Both the position numbers and the translations under genes were made by a program. DNA of 64,000 bases from Laetmonice hystrix (taxonomy: Eukaryota), in assembly GCA_965235115.1 (NCBI GenBank), contig OZ249448.1, forward strand, positions 22,010,001 through 22,074,000, read 5' to 3'. Each line of letters begins with the position of its first letter. Position 1 is the first letter of the stretch. This document shows, one piece after another, positions 38,320 to 50,505 of the stretch. The notes beneath the pieces were generated by a model that worked only from the letters and a program-made list of their open reading frames with translations, was not told the origin of the DNA and did not search any database.

Positions 38320-39868
38320 GTGAGTCTATACCTTCCTACCCCAGCCCTTTACCTCTATACCCCTTACCATCTCCAGTAATATTCCTTGATATACCTTGAT
38401 ATAGTTTTACCCTGATAGGGCGATGACCATAGAGGGGCGCTGTCCTCAAACTCACGGAGAACCCGCGTTGTTTGTTGAGGGTTCCTGGCATTCTCACATG
38501 GAATAATACCCCTCGATCAAAGGTCAGTCTAAGGTCATCTGTATGTAGACTTCGACACCTTTCTGTTGAGAGCCAGACCTGGTACATGTTTGATAAATAT
38601 CTTAATATTTATAACATGAATTGTAAATGGAATGCACAATACAAACACCCTGAGACGCCTGGGGTATGTATGGTTGATCCCTAACGCTGAACCCCGGGCG
38701 TTTGTCCAGCGTTGTCAAGGAAACAGCCATGTTTGAGAACGGGTTCCTGGGACGCGGATCATAATTCACGCTTGACCAACTTCTGCCACGGTCATCGACC
38801 ACCTGAGGCACGGTACAGGGACCGCTGGTGAAGGCATTCAAAGGTCTGTGTACAAGGCTGCATTGCTTACCTGAACTAATAACCCTAACATATTGAGGCC
38901 TGCTTACAGGTATTTCCAACCCTGACGGGGTACTGACGGCTGAGGGGTTATTATGTACAAAGGAGACTGAAAGGGGTGTTCTATGGTATGCCATGAGGGC
39001 ACAGTCAATGCGGCATAGTTGTCTGTAACTGTTATTGGTCTGGAAGACATAATCTGTGGTGTGGGAAAGGATCGGGTTGCTCTGACTGTTACAGTGGCTG
39101 TTGTATAGGCTTGGCAGGTTGGGGTGGGGACCTATCTTAAAGTGGACGTTCCAATTTATTTAACTTTTGATTTATTAACCATTTGGACGCACCTTTTTTA
39201 AGGTTTGTCCCAACTTCCAGAAGATTTGACCGTTTTGTGCTTTTTCAAAATTGATAATGGGCACCTGCCTGCAGTGAGTAAAGTATCCGTTATCAGAAAC
39301 CAGCTAGCAGGAACTTCACTAATCATAGCTGATTACTGGCGCATCCAGGGGGCGAGGCTTAAACCCCCACCCAGCAAACTTGTAAAATTGACATTTTCTG
39401 GGGATACGACACTGTTGCACCTCTGTCAGAAGGGCGTGGTGGGTGACTGGGTTCACTAAGAGGTCGTCATTGCCATCTCTGTAAGGAGATCGTTCAGTAT
39501 CTCTGTAAGGAGATCGTTCAGTGTGTTTCGGACCGGGATCAGGTTTATAGGGATGCCATTATAAATAATGTCAGTGACACGTCCGCCTCTTTGCGGCTGT
39601 CGCCATGTTTTGACATATCCCCAGGCCTTCAGACACAGGAGGCTGGCACTTTAATAAGTCGTAAAGTTGTCCTTGTAATGGTACAGTGGAGGAGAGTGAG
39701 GGATGTCCTTGATAGTGGACAGGAAGGGATTGAAGGTGGTGTGTGTGTGTGGGGGGGGGGGGGTCGTCCTTTAAATCGATAATCACTGCGAAACCGCAAG
39801 GAAAATCGCCTCAGGAGACGACGCTGGGTCGGAAATCTGAGGCTGTTTCCAGTAGTTTATTGGAGTCT

Positions 39869-40854
39869 GACATTAGGCACTGAGTGACACGTGAAGGACT
39901 TGGTGTCCCGACATTAGACACTGAGTGACACGTGAAGGACTTGGTGTCCCGACATTAGACACTGAGTGACACGTGAAGGACCTGGTGTCCTGACATTATA
40001 GACACTGAATGACACAAGAAAGACTTGAAGGACTTGGTGTCCCGACATTAGACACTGAGTAACACGTAAACGACTTGGTGTCCCGACATTAGACACTGAG
40101 GGACACGTGAAGGACTTGGTGTCCCGACATTAGACTCTGAGTAACACGTGAAGGACTTGGTGTCCCGACATTAGACACTGAGGGACACGTGAACGACTCG
40201 GTGTCCCGATATTAGACACTGAGGGACACATGAACGACTTGGTGTCCCGACATTAGACACTGAGGGACACATGAACGACTTGGTGTCCCGACATTAGACA
40301 CTGAGGGACACATGAAGGACTTGGTGTCCCGACATTAGACACTGAGGGACACATGAACGACTTGATTGGTGTCCCGACATTAGACACTGAGGGACACATG
40401 AACGACTTGGTGTCCCGACATTAGACACTGAGGGACACATGAACGACTTAATTGGTGTCCCGACATTAGACACTGAGGGACACATGAACGACTTGGTGTC
40501 CCGACATTAGACACTGAGGGACACATGAACGACTTGGTGTCCCGACATTAGACACTGAGGGACACATGAACGACTTAATTGGTGTCCCGACATTAGACAC
40601 TGAGGGACACATGAACGACTTGGTGTCCCGACATTAGACACTGAGGGACACATGAACGACTTGGTGTCCCGACATTAGACACTGAGGGACACGTGAAGAA
40701 CTTGGTGTCCCGACATTAGACACTGAGGGACACATGAAGGACTTGGTGTCCCGACATTAGACACTGAGGGACACATGAACGACTTGGTGTCCCGACATTA
40801 GACACTGAGGGACACGTCAAGGACTTGGTGTCCCGACATTAGACACTGAGTGAC
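39869..40854. repeat. Minisatellite, 41-bp unit gacttggtgtcccgacattagacactgagggacacatgaac (~24 copies; 45-bp variants)
   Basis: Direct reading. Each unit has an internal gtgtccc/gggacac stem. Confidence 0.96.
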
Positions 40855-42044
40855 TCCAGAAGAACAAGAGCCGACAGTTGTTGCTGATTGATGTGTGAGA
40901 CTGACATCCAATCTTAGAGCCATGAAGTTCTTCCCTCATTAATGCCGCATTCTATGCATGCATGACACCTCTTTAATGAACAGATATGCATACAATTAGC
41001 ATAATTATCTGACCTCAAAATGCGATGGGAGCCACAAGAACGGACGCTGCTGTAGTATCCTACGTATGACCATAGACCTAGAGTATGACCTCAGCCAGCG
41101 GCCTGTCATAGATTACCTTAAAGGTGTGAATAACCTGGGCATTATCAGGATGAAGTAAGAATGTAGACATAGAATAATTGTAACGATTCGCCAGAAAAAC
41201 AAATCTGTAACACATGAATTTCGCCTTTTTTCCTGACAACCCCCCGGGCGGCTTTAACATGAACAGTCTGAAGGAATCCTTTGTTCTCAGTCCTTGAGGA
41301 CGAGTTTATACATCCTGTTTCTAGGGTCTTAACTGTGTTAACGAGGTGTGCTAATTAGCGCTGTTAATGAGGGGCGGATTGATGACATGACGTTAAGTTG
41401 TCACGACGACAGGTGGGTGTATTTCCTGCCCACAAAGATCCCCGTGGGAAACGGTCCAGGGAGCAGACGCTGATGACAGGACCTCCCCGGGGTTCTTACC
41501 CCCACCCCACCAGGGGGGCAATGGCATCAGGGATGGTATTAAAGGGACTTGGGTGTATATCTCATCGTGGTTGTTAGAGCTTTTGATTGTGTCAATCCCA
41601 GTAGTTTCTGTGGTTGGAGCCGACAGTCCAACCAATACGACCCTACAGCTAGGTGCTGGACAAACACAGGCGTCTGGGATTAAATGTCGGTTGTAGCAAT
41701 CAGCTGATGCATCTTGGCTCTTACCAGGTTGTTGTTAATTCCTGGAGGGAGAGGGACTTATGTTGGTAATGTGAATGGGGAGTGGTAGGTTCTAAGAAAG
41801 GCAGGACTGTGTACATCGCGGTGTTCTAGTTTTATTGGCAAACTGTTCTTTACATATTGGTGTTGGTCTTGAAAAACTACATGTCATAGATGAGAAACAC
41901 AAAAAGTCGGATTCCAAGGATACTGGTACTCAGTGGTTCCGTATCAAAACGAGTGTGTATTTGAACAGGCTAGTAACAAGGAATTTAGTGTGACCGATGT
42001 ATTTGGGACATAATATAAAATAGTTTTGGTATATTTTGATCCAG

Positions 42045-42214
42045 GAGATGAGAAAGAAGAGACAGTGCGACGATCAGCTGACCAACCCGAACAATCGGTG
42101 GCCACCAACAATGGGACGATCCAACACGGCGGCAGCGACCTGAACGGTGTCGCCAGGGGGCGCCCCACTCCCGACTACAGTGAGATCAGTGACATCCATC
42201 AACTTGAGGACATG
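42045..42214 (+). CDS. Exon: linker and first half of smoothelin motif 3 (GDEKEETVRR...SEISDIHQLEDM)
   Basis: Acceptor atattttgatccag, donor ATG|GTGAGC, 170 nt, phase 1-0. Confidence 0.88.
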
Positions 42215-42239
42215 GTGAGCATTTCAGTATGGAGTTAAC

Positions 42240-45011
42240 AATTGGAGGACTTAAGGTATGGCCAGTGATTATAGGAAGGTACTGGAGGACTTGGTGAGTG
42301 GAGTCAGATACTGAAGGATATAGTGGGGGTGGAGTCATGGACTGAAGGACATGGGGATGAACTAGAGGACTTGGTGAGTGGAGTCAGATACTGGAAGACG
42401 TAATAAGTGGAGTTAGCAACTGGAGGACTTAATGTATGACCAGTGATTATAGGAAGGTACTGGAGGACTTGGTGAGTGGAGTCAGATACTGAAGGATATA
42501 GTGGGGGTGGAGTCATGAGACTGGAGGACATGGGGATGTACTAGAGGACTTAGTGAGTGGAGTCAGATACTGGAAGACGTAATAGAGGAGTTAGCAACTG
42601 GAGGACTTAAGGTGTGGCCAGTGATGATAGGAAGATACTGGAGGACTTGGTGAGTGGAGTCAGATACTGAAGGATATAGTGGGGGTGGAGTCATGAGACT
42701 GGAGGACATGGGGATGTACTAGAGGACTTAGTGAGTGGAGTCAGATACTGGAAGACGTAATAGAGGAGTTAGCAACTGGAGGACTTAAGGTGTGGCCAGT
42801 GATGATAGGAAGATACTGGAGGACTTGGTGAGTGGAGTCAGATACTGAAGGTTCTGGAGGACTTGGTGAGTGGAGTCAGATACTGGAAGACGTAATGAGT
42901 GGAGTTAGCAACTGGAGGATTTTGGCCAGTGATGATAGGAAGATACTGGGGGACTTTGTGAGTGGAGTCAGATACTGAAGGATATAGTGGGGGTGGAGTC
43001 ATGGACTGGAGGACATGGGGATGAACTAGAGGACTTAGTGAGTGGAGCCAGATACTGAAGGTTCTGGAGGACTTGGTGAGTGGAGTCAGATACTGAAGGT
43101 TCTGGAGGACTTGGTGTGTGGCGTCAGATACTGAAGGATAAAGTGGGGGTGGAGTCATGGAATGGAGGACATGGGGATGTACTCGAGGACTTGGTGAGTG
43201 GAGTCAGATACTGAAGGTTCTGGAGGACTTGGTGGGTGGAGTCAGATACTGAAGGATATAGTGGGGGTGGAGTCATGGACTGGAGGACATGGGGATGTAC
43301 TAGAGGACTTTGTGAGTGGAGTCAGATACTGAAGGATATAGTGGAGGTGGAGTCATGGACTGGAGGACATGGGGATGTACTAGAGGACTTAGTGAGTGGA
43401 GCCAGATACTGAAGGTTCTGGAGGACTTGGTGAGTGGAGTCAGATACTGGAGGATATAGTGGGGGTGGAGTCATGGACTGGAGGACATGGGGATGTACTA
43501 GAGGACTTAGTGAGTGGAGTCAGATACTGGAAGACGTAATGAGTGGACTTAGTAACTGGAGGACTTAATGTATGACCAGTGATGATAGGAAGATACTGGA
43601 GGACTTGGTGAGTGGAGTCAGATACTGAAGGATATAGTGGGGGTGGAGTCATGGACAGGAGGACATGGGGATGTACTAGAGGACTTAGTGAGTGGAGTCA
43701 GATACTGGAAGACGTAATAGAGGAGTTAGCAACTGGAGGACTTAAGGTGTGGCCAGTGATGATAGGAAGATACTGGAGGACTTGGTGAGTGGAGTCAGAT
43801 ACTGAAGGATATAGTGGGGGTGGAGTCATGAGACTGGAGGACATGGGGATGTACTAGAGGACTTAGTGAGTGGAGTCAGATACTGGAAGACGTAATAGAG
43901 GAGTTAGCAACTGGAGGACTTAAGGTGTGGCCAGTGATGATAGGAAGATACTGGAGGACTTGGTGAGTGGAGTCAGATACTGAAGGTTCTGGAGGACTTG
44001 GTGAGTGGAGTCAGATACTGGAAGACGTAATGAGTGGAGTTAGCAACTGGAGGATTTTGGCCAGTGATGATAGGAAGATACTGGAGGACTTTGTGAGTGG
44101 AGTCAGATACTGAAGGATATAGTGAGGGTGGAGTCATGGACTGGAGGACATGGGGATGAACTAGAGGACTTAGTGAGTGGAGCCAGATACTGAAGGTTCT
44201 GGAGGACTTGGTGAGTGGAGTCAGATACTGAAGGTTCTGGAGGACTTGGTGTGTGGCGTCAGATACTGAAGGATAAAGTGGGGGTGGAGTCATGGAATGG
44301 AGGACATGGGGATGTACTCGAGGACTTGGTGAGTGGAGTCAGATACTGAAGGTTCTGGAGGACTTGGTGGGTGGAGTCAGATACTGAAGGATATAGTGGG
44401 GGTGGAGTCATGGACTGGAGGACATGGGGATGTACTAGAGGACTTTGTGAGTGGAGTCAGATACTGAAGGATATAGTGGAGGTGGAGTCATGGACTGGAG
44501 GACATGGGGATGTACTAGAGGACTTAGTGAGTGGAGCCAGATACTGAAGGTTCTGGAGGACTTGGTGAGTGGAGTCAGATACTGGAGGATATAGTGGGGG
44601 TGGAGTCATGGACTGGAGGACATGGGGATGTACTAGAGGACTTAGTGAGTGGAGTCAGATACTGGAAGACGTAATGAGTGGACTTAGTAACTGGAGGACT
44701 TAATGTATGACCAGTGATGATAGGAAGATACTGGAGGACTTGGTGAGTGGAGTCAGATACTGAAGGATATAGTGGGGGTGGAGTCATGGACAGGAGGACA
44801 TGGGGATGAACTAGAGGACTTAGTGAGTGGAGTCAGATACTGGAAGACGTAATAGAGGAGTTAGCAACTGGAGGACTTAAGGTGTGGCCAGTGATGATAG
44901 GAAGATACTGGAGGACTTGGTGAGTGGAGTCAGATACTGGAAGACGTAATGAGTGGACTTAGCAACTGGAGGATTTAAGGTATGGCCAGTGATGATAGGA
45001 AGGTTCTGGAG
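42240..45011. repeat. Compound purine-rich tandem repeat built on ctggaggacttggtgagtggagtcagatac subunits, with a 1135-bp higher-order duplication
   Basis: Direct reading. The ORF pairs 42838/43973 and 43440/44575 are both offset by 1135 bp. Confidence 0.95.
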
Positions 45012-45511
45012 TGTTTCTGAGACCAATGGGTGGTCCTGCCCCTGTGCACAATGTGACTGTGGAGACATTGGTCGATATCACTTTTGTCTGTAAAGTGAAA
45101 GCTTGGGCCGGTGTACGGCCACCTGCTGCCATCTGGCGGACACCTTTGTCGTCTACCTGGACGGGGGGTCAGGAGTCGAGGCGGGGAAGCTCACGTGAGG
45201 AGAATGGACTGGGGCGCGTGACTCCCTCGGGTCTATTGTTATAATGTAGGACAACCATCCTTTCAAGTTTTCACAGTGGTAGGGTTTTGTTATTACTGTG
45301 GATGGAAAATATAATGAGGTGAATACCCCGACTGTGAGACTCCCTAGCCCTTGTATGACTGCTGTCTGCTCGCATTGTTTGATCTCCACCGACATGGTGT
45401 ATTACAGCAAGAAAAAACTGGTAACAACGTAGTACGCAGGTCATTGTTGGGATATATGGAGAGAAAAACAAAAATAAAACGCTACAAGTTTGGTTCTGTT
45501 TATTGTTCCAG

Positions 45512-45593
45512 TTGTTAGACACAACAGACTATTCTGAACGCAAGAAGATCCGGACTGCCATTCATGATCTCCGCAAGGAACGACTAGCTACGA
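45512..45593 (+). CDS. Exon: second half of smoothelin motif 3 (LLDTTDYSERKKIRTAIHDLRKERLAT)
   Basis: Acceptor tctgtttattgttccag, donor CGA|GTAAGT, 82 nt, phase 0-1. Confidence 0.92.
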
Positions 45594-45734
45594 GTAAGTG
45601 AAAGAAACGTTGTTTTTCACTGATTTTTCTCTCTTTCTTTGGTTACTAGATATGAATGTCAAAATCTAATTCGTGCAAGCCTCGTACTAACCATAAAAAA
45701 CGAATTCATATGACCTTTATTTATTTGACTGTAG

Positions 45735-46732
45735 TATCAAGAAGACTTTCTCGCGCGGAGGACACCGTGACCGTCCCAAACAGTGAACGCCAGGAGAGCC
45801 ACCTGGTGGTGAAACTTAGGGAGACAGCGCCATCTGACGATAGTACCCGACAGATCAACCACGCCGAGGATACCGACCACCGTCAGGTGACTAGGATCGG
45901 CTCCTCCAGGGTGGTCACGACTAACAGGAGGAACGCTCAGGAGGAAACGGCTAGTAAAGTCTCCAGTGACGTCCTGGAGAGGATGTCATCAAAACCTACT
46001 GACAGGGGTGTGTACCCCTGGAGCAGTGCCGCTAAACAGGAGAACGGCCTCGGAGACGCTACAGAGGAGGGGGATGACGATGTCTCACCCACGGAGCTAA
46101 ACTCAGAGGATCATGGGAAGGACAGCACTGAGCCACCCAAAGAAATGGACTCGGAGGATCATGGGAAGGATAGCACTGAGCCACCCAAGGAAATGGACTC
46201 GGAGGATCATGGGAAGGATAGCACTGAGCCACCCAAAGAAATGGACTCGGAGGATCATGGGAAGGATAGCACTGAGCCACCCAAGGAAATGGACTCGGAG
46301 GATCATGGGAAGGATAGCACTGAGCCACCCAAGGAAATGGACTCGGAGGATCATGGGAAGGGTAGCACTGAGTCACCCAAGGAAATGGACTCGGAGGATC
46401 ATGGGAAGGGTAGCACTGAGGTCTCAAGCATTGAGATAAATTCAGAGGATTATGGGAAGGGGAGCACTAAGTCGTCAACCAGGGAGATGAACTCGGAAGA
46501 TTATGGGAAGGGTAGTAATAATGTCTCAACCGTCATGGGGATAAACTCAGGGGACCATGGGGAAGTCAGTACAGATGTCTCGCCCATAGAGATAAACCCA
46601 GAGGATCATGGGAAGGATAGCACTCATGTCTCATCCCTGGAGGAGCTGACCTCAAAGGATCATGGGAAGGAAAGCCACAATGACCCGCCACCGGAAGTTA
46701 CGTCAAAGCCGAAAACAGCCATGGATGACTTG
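45735..46732 (+). CDS. Exon: low-complexity linker with 16-aa repeats, ending ...KTAMDDL
   Basis: Acceptor tttatttatttgactgtag, donor TTG|GTTAGT, 998 nt, phase 1-0. It lies within ORF 45656-46759. Confidence 0.88.
46094..46690 (+). repeat. Coding tandem repeat, 48-bp/16-aa unit EMDSEDHGKDSTEPPK (~12 copies, degenerating 3')
   Basis: Unit starts at 46094 and 46142. All length variants (48/51/54 bp) preserve frame. Confidence 0.92.
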
Positions 46733-46902
46733 GTTAGTGGTGTCCTCACATTTCTATAGATGTGTTTGAGAAATTTAAAAAAGAGAGAAAAGTTCTAAGG
46801 TTGGTACACTGTATGATAATGGAAGCAATGGGAATTCATTGCAGGTGTTTATGACTGTATGGATGGCTCATGAGGTGAACACATTATTGTCCTTGTTTTC
46901 AG

Positions 46903-46932
46903 AATGGAAGACTGGCTGAATTGGAAAATGAG
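46903..46932 (+). CDS. 30-nt microexon NGRLAELENE (first half of smoothelin motif 4)
   Basis: Acceptor ttgtccttgttttcag, donor GAG|GTAAGC, phase 0-0. It gives MDDL|NGRLAELENE|LDDCKEF. Confidence 0.8.
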
Positions 46933-47134
46933 GTAAGCGGTCAACAGTCTAGACCTAAAAACAAGTGATGAGATGGCCAAACTAAAGTTGGTATCATCCA
47001 CAACATTTCTCAGTCATCTACAGCAAAAGGCAGAACGTTGTACTGTAAGAGAGCTTTAAGCAAAAAATGTCTTTACGTTATGAGGTCAATGTTATTGTGA
47101 GGTCAATGTTTTAACCAATGGCCCAGACTGTCCA

Positions 47135-48145
47135 CCCTGTCAGATGACAACCATGGTAGTGTTACCATTAACTTTGCCCTGTCAGATGACAACCATGGTA
47201 GTGTTACCATTAACTTTGCCCTGTCAGATGACAACCATGGTAGTGTTACCATTAACTTTGCCCTGTCAGATGACAACCATGGTAGTGTTACCATTAACTT
47301 TGCCCTGTCAGATGACAACCATGGTAGTGTTACCATTCACTTTGCCCTGTCAGATGACAACCATGGTAGTGTTACCATTAACTTTGCCCTGTCAGATGAC
47401 AACCATGGTAGTGTTACCATTAACTTTGCCCTGTCAGATGACAACCATGGTAGTGTTACCATTAACTTTGCCCTGTCAGATGACAACCATGGTAGTGTTA
47501 CCATTAACTTTGCCCTGTCAGATGACAACCATGGTAGTGTTACCATTCACTTTGCCCTGTCAGATGACAACCATGGTAGTGTTACCATTAACTTTGCCCT
47601 GTCAGATGACAACCATGGTAGTGTTACCATTAACTTTGCCCTGTCAGATGACAACCATGGTAGTGTTACCATTAACTTTGCCCTGTCAGATGACAACCAT
47701 GGTAGTGTTCCCATTAACTTTGCCCTGTCAGATGACAACCATGGTAGTGTTACCATTAACTTTGCCCTGTCAGATGACAACCATGGTAGTGTTACCATTA
47801 ACTTTGCCCTGTCAGATGACAACCATGGTAGTGTTACCATTAACTTTGCCCTGTCAGATGACAACCATGGTAGTGTTACCATTAACTTTGCCCTGTCAGA
47901 TGACAACCATGGTAGTGTTACCATTAACTTTGCCCTGTCAGATGACAACCATGGTAGTGTTACCATTAACTTTGCCCTGTCAGATGACAACCATGGTAGT
48001 GTTACCATTAACTTTGCCCTGTCAGATGACAACCATGGTAGTGTTACCATTAACTTTGCCCTGTCAGATGACAACCATGGTAGTGTTACCATTAACTTTG
48101 CCCTGTCAGATGACAACCATGGTAGTGTTACCATTAACTTTGCCC
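47135..48145. repeat. Near-perfect minisatellite, 42-bp unit ccctgtcagatgacaaccatggtagtgttaccattaactttg x24
   Basis: Only three single-base variants were seen. The array runs directly into the 3' splice site at 48155. Confidence 0.98.
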
Positions 48146-48155
48146 TTTTCTCCAG

Positions 48156-48231
48156 CTTGATGACTGCAAAGAGTTTGATCGTCGGCGTGAGATACGGGCA
48201 CAGATTCGTGATATTCGCTCACAGATCCGAG
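48156..48231 (+). CDS. Exon: second half of smoothelin motif 4 (LDDCKEFDRRREIRAQIRDIRSQIR)
   Basis: Acceptor ctttgcccttttctccag, donor GAG|GTGAGA, 76 nt, phase 0-1. Same length as exon 38244-38319. Confidence 0.9.
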
Positions 48232-48396
48232 GTGAGAACATTTCCCGTCCAGAAAAAAACCTTCCTTCTTGTTCAGTTCATTGTGAATTAATGTCCATGT
48301 ATTCGATAACCATTTAAAAGGACCCAAGTAATGACTAAAGTAAAAAATGTGCTGACTAAATAACTGGGTGTTTCATTGCCGTTTGTTTGAATGCAG

Positions 48397-49074
48397 AGAA
48401 TACGATCAAGATGTCGTCACGTCACACGAAGGTTGATCTTGGGAAACCACCTTTGTCTAGGATGTCATGTTTGACTGACACCTCACGACCTCCAAAAGAC
48501 GTGTCGTTGACCAGATCCTTCTCAACCAAGGAGCAAGGCCGCAACTTCTTAGCTCGTAAAATACAGTCACAAATCGTCCGGTCCAATTCCACCCGGGAGA
48601 AAGGGACCAGGAATAGTGCTCCTCCTGGAACTCTTCAATCAAAGGAGGTGACGAATGCTGCCGCAGTAGGAAGTCCATATAAAGTAGATAGTAGCCGAAA
48701 TCAAATGTCGGATTATTCTTCATTCAGTGCCATAAAAACCAGACGAATCAAAAGAGGAGACGTGAAACCAGTAGATGACTTCATCCACTTGTCGGCGCCA
48801 GCCATCCAACCAGAACCTCCGCAGGACCACCTCAGTAAGGACAAGTCGAGTTCTAGCGATGAAATGTTGGATTGTGTGGATGCTAAGATTATTGTAGCAA
48901 GTCTAACTGAGCACCAGCGTAAGTCTGTGAGGAGTAGCGAGGGACGCAAGGAACCACGGCGGGTGTTAACCATGGGGGACCGAACCCTCAACATGTCCAA
49001 GGCCAGTAGTGGTTACGGTAGCGTGTCCGGGTCGTCCGAGGAGGAAGAGAAGGAAGAGGACGAACAGGATGCAG
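48397..49074 (+). CDS. Exon: S/R/K-rich linker ending in an acidic tract
   Basis: Acceptor gtttgtttgaatgcag, donor CAG|GTGAAA, 678 nt, phase 1-1. It lies within ORF 48387-49115. Confidence 0.85.
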
Positions 49075-49212
49075 GTGAAACTCTTCAAAATATCAGCCAA
49101 CTAATGGATAATTAAAACACATGGTTTATTTCATGACTTTATTATTGTCTGCTCTTGGTGGTTATGTATAGATTATGTGGTAAAGCTAATCTATGATTTT
49201 TACCTCCAACAG

Positions 49213-49491
49213 TTGTGCCAGAAATTCTGCAGTCTCTCTCTGATATGACCTTCACTGATGACGAGCCAGTGACCTTGACCTGCAAAATTTCGGGAGGACC
49301 AAAGGTCAAAGTTCTGTGGTACAAGGACTCGAATCTGTTGAAATCTTCAGAAAATGTCCAGCAGAGTTTGGATGGAACTGAGGCGAGATTAACCCTAACT
49401 GACGTGTGTGAGGAGGACTCCGGAGAGTATAAGTGTGTCGTCACAACCTCAGCGGGTTCCAAGGAGACTGCTGCCTACGTCACCATCACAG
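49213..49491 (+). CDS. Exon: I-set Ig domain 1
   Basis: Motifs VTLTCKISGGP..V.WYKD and DSGEYKC. Splice sites ccaacag and CAG|GTAGGC, 279 nt, phase 1-1. Confidence 0.95.
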
Positions 49492-50211
49492 GTAGGCTCT
49501 CTGACCTCTGACCTCAGGTCAGGATAGGGTCGATTCCTATCATCAGAGATACTTGTTTCAACCCGCAGTAAGGCTGAGGTACTTTTGGAAGATTGTACTG
49601 GAGATTTGATCATGTACTGAATATACATAAGACTTATAACTAATAATTATAAGTAAAGTTAAGCTAAACTACCTACTTAAGGAATATTACCTTTCGCTGT
49701 GGTTTAAGATGTATAAAGTTAGGATTTAGTGTTAAAGATGTAGTTTAGATGAAGGTATTTTTAAAGTTGTTAGCCCGAAACATCACCTGTAGTATACAGA
49801 TCCATGTTCTAGTGTAGTTCTGCTGAGTCTGATGGTGTTCAACAGTCAAGGTATTGAGTGCTAACAAGATTAAAAATTGACGTAAAATTTTAACGTCTGA
49901 ACCCAAACATCAACAAAATTTAAAATTATTTTATTTGAAAGATTTTATTAGATAAATTTAGTACGATGATGCGCCGTGACGGTGCATTGGTTTGGGTTCA
50001 AATTCATGTTTTTTGGGGCTCTGATATAATGGCCTATGTTTGATAAAGCCATTTTTGACTGTATGCACTCTCAGGTAACAGAGAATTCCCCCACCCATCA
50101 AACCATCAACCCACCTGGGTCACAACTAAGGTACTTTAGTGTGGCCGATCGCGTCTTTCTGTCAAAACAAATCGAGGTACAGGATATTATTTCCTATCAC
50201 CTTGGTTACAG

Positions 50212-50505
50212 AAAACACCAGTATGGTGGCTCCCTCTGTTGAGAAGCCTCTGAGTGACGTCATCGTCAAAGACGGTGCTGACGTGACGTTTGAGTGTCAC
50301 GTCAGTGGTAAGCCTCCTCCCAAGCTGACTTGGTTCAAGGGTAGTCAACTCCTCAAGGACAGTCCAGATTTCCGGCAGACTTACCAGGACGGCGTGGCAC
50401 GGATGACAATGGAAGATGTCTTCCCAGACGACAACGGGTCATACATCTGTGTGGCTGTGAACGAGACGGGGGAGTGTCAAACTACGTGTACCCTCACCGT
50501 CCAAG
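50212..50505 (+). CDS. Exon: I-set Ig domain 2
   Basis: Motifs VTFECHVSGKPPPKLTWFK and DNGSYICVAVN. Splice sites ttacag and AAG|GTGGGC, 294 nt, phase 1-1. Confidence 0.95.

Noticed and set aside
3452-48145. CRISPR arrays (21-46 bp periodic repeats)
   Set aside because: The units are head-to-tail with no unique spacers, there are no cas genes, and the context is a spliced eukaryotic gene.
47144-48160. 338-aa hydrophobic repeat protein (MTTMVVLPLTLPCQ)n as an independent gene
   Set aside because: It is an intronic satellite between two in-phase exons. It is relevant only as a possible mis-splicing product.
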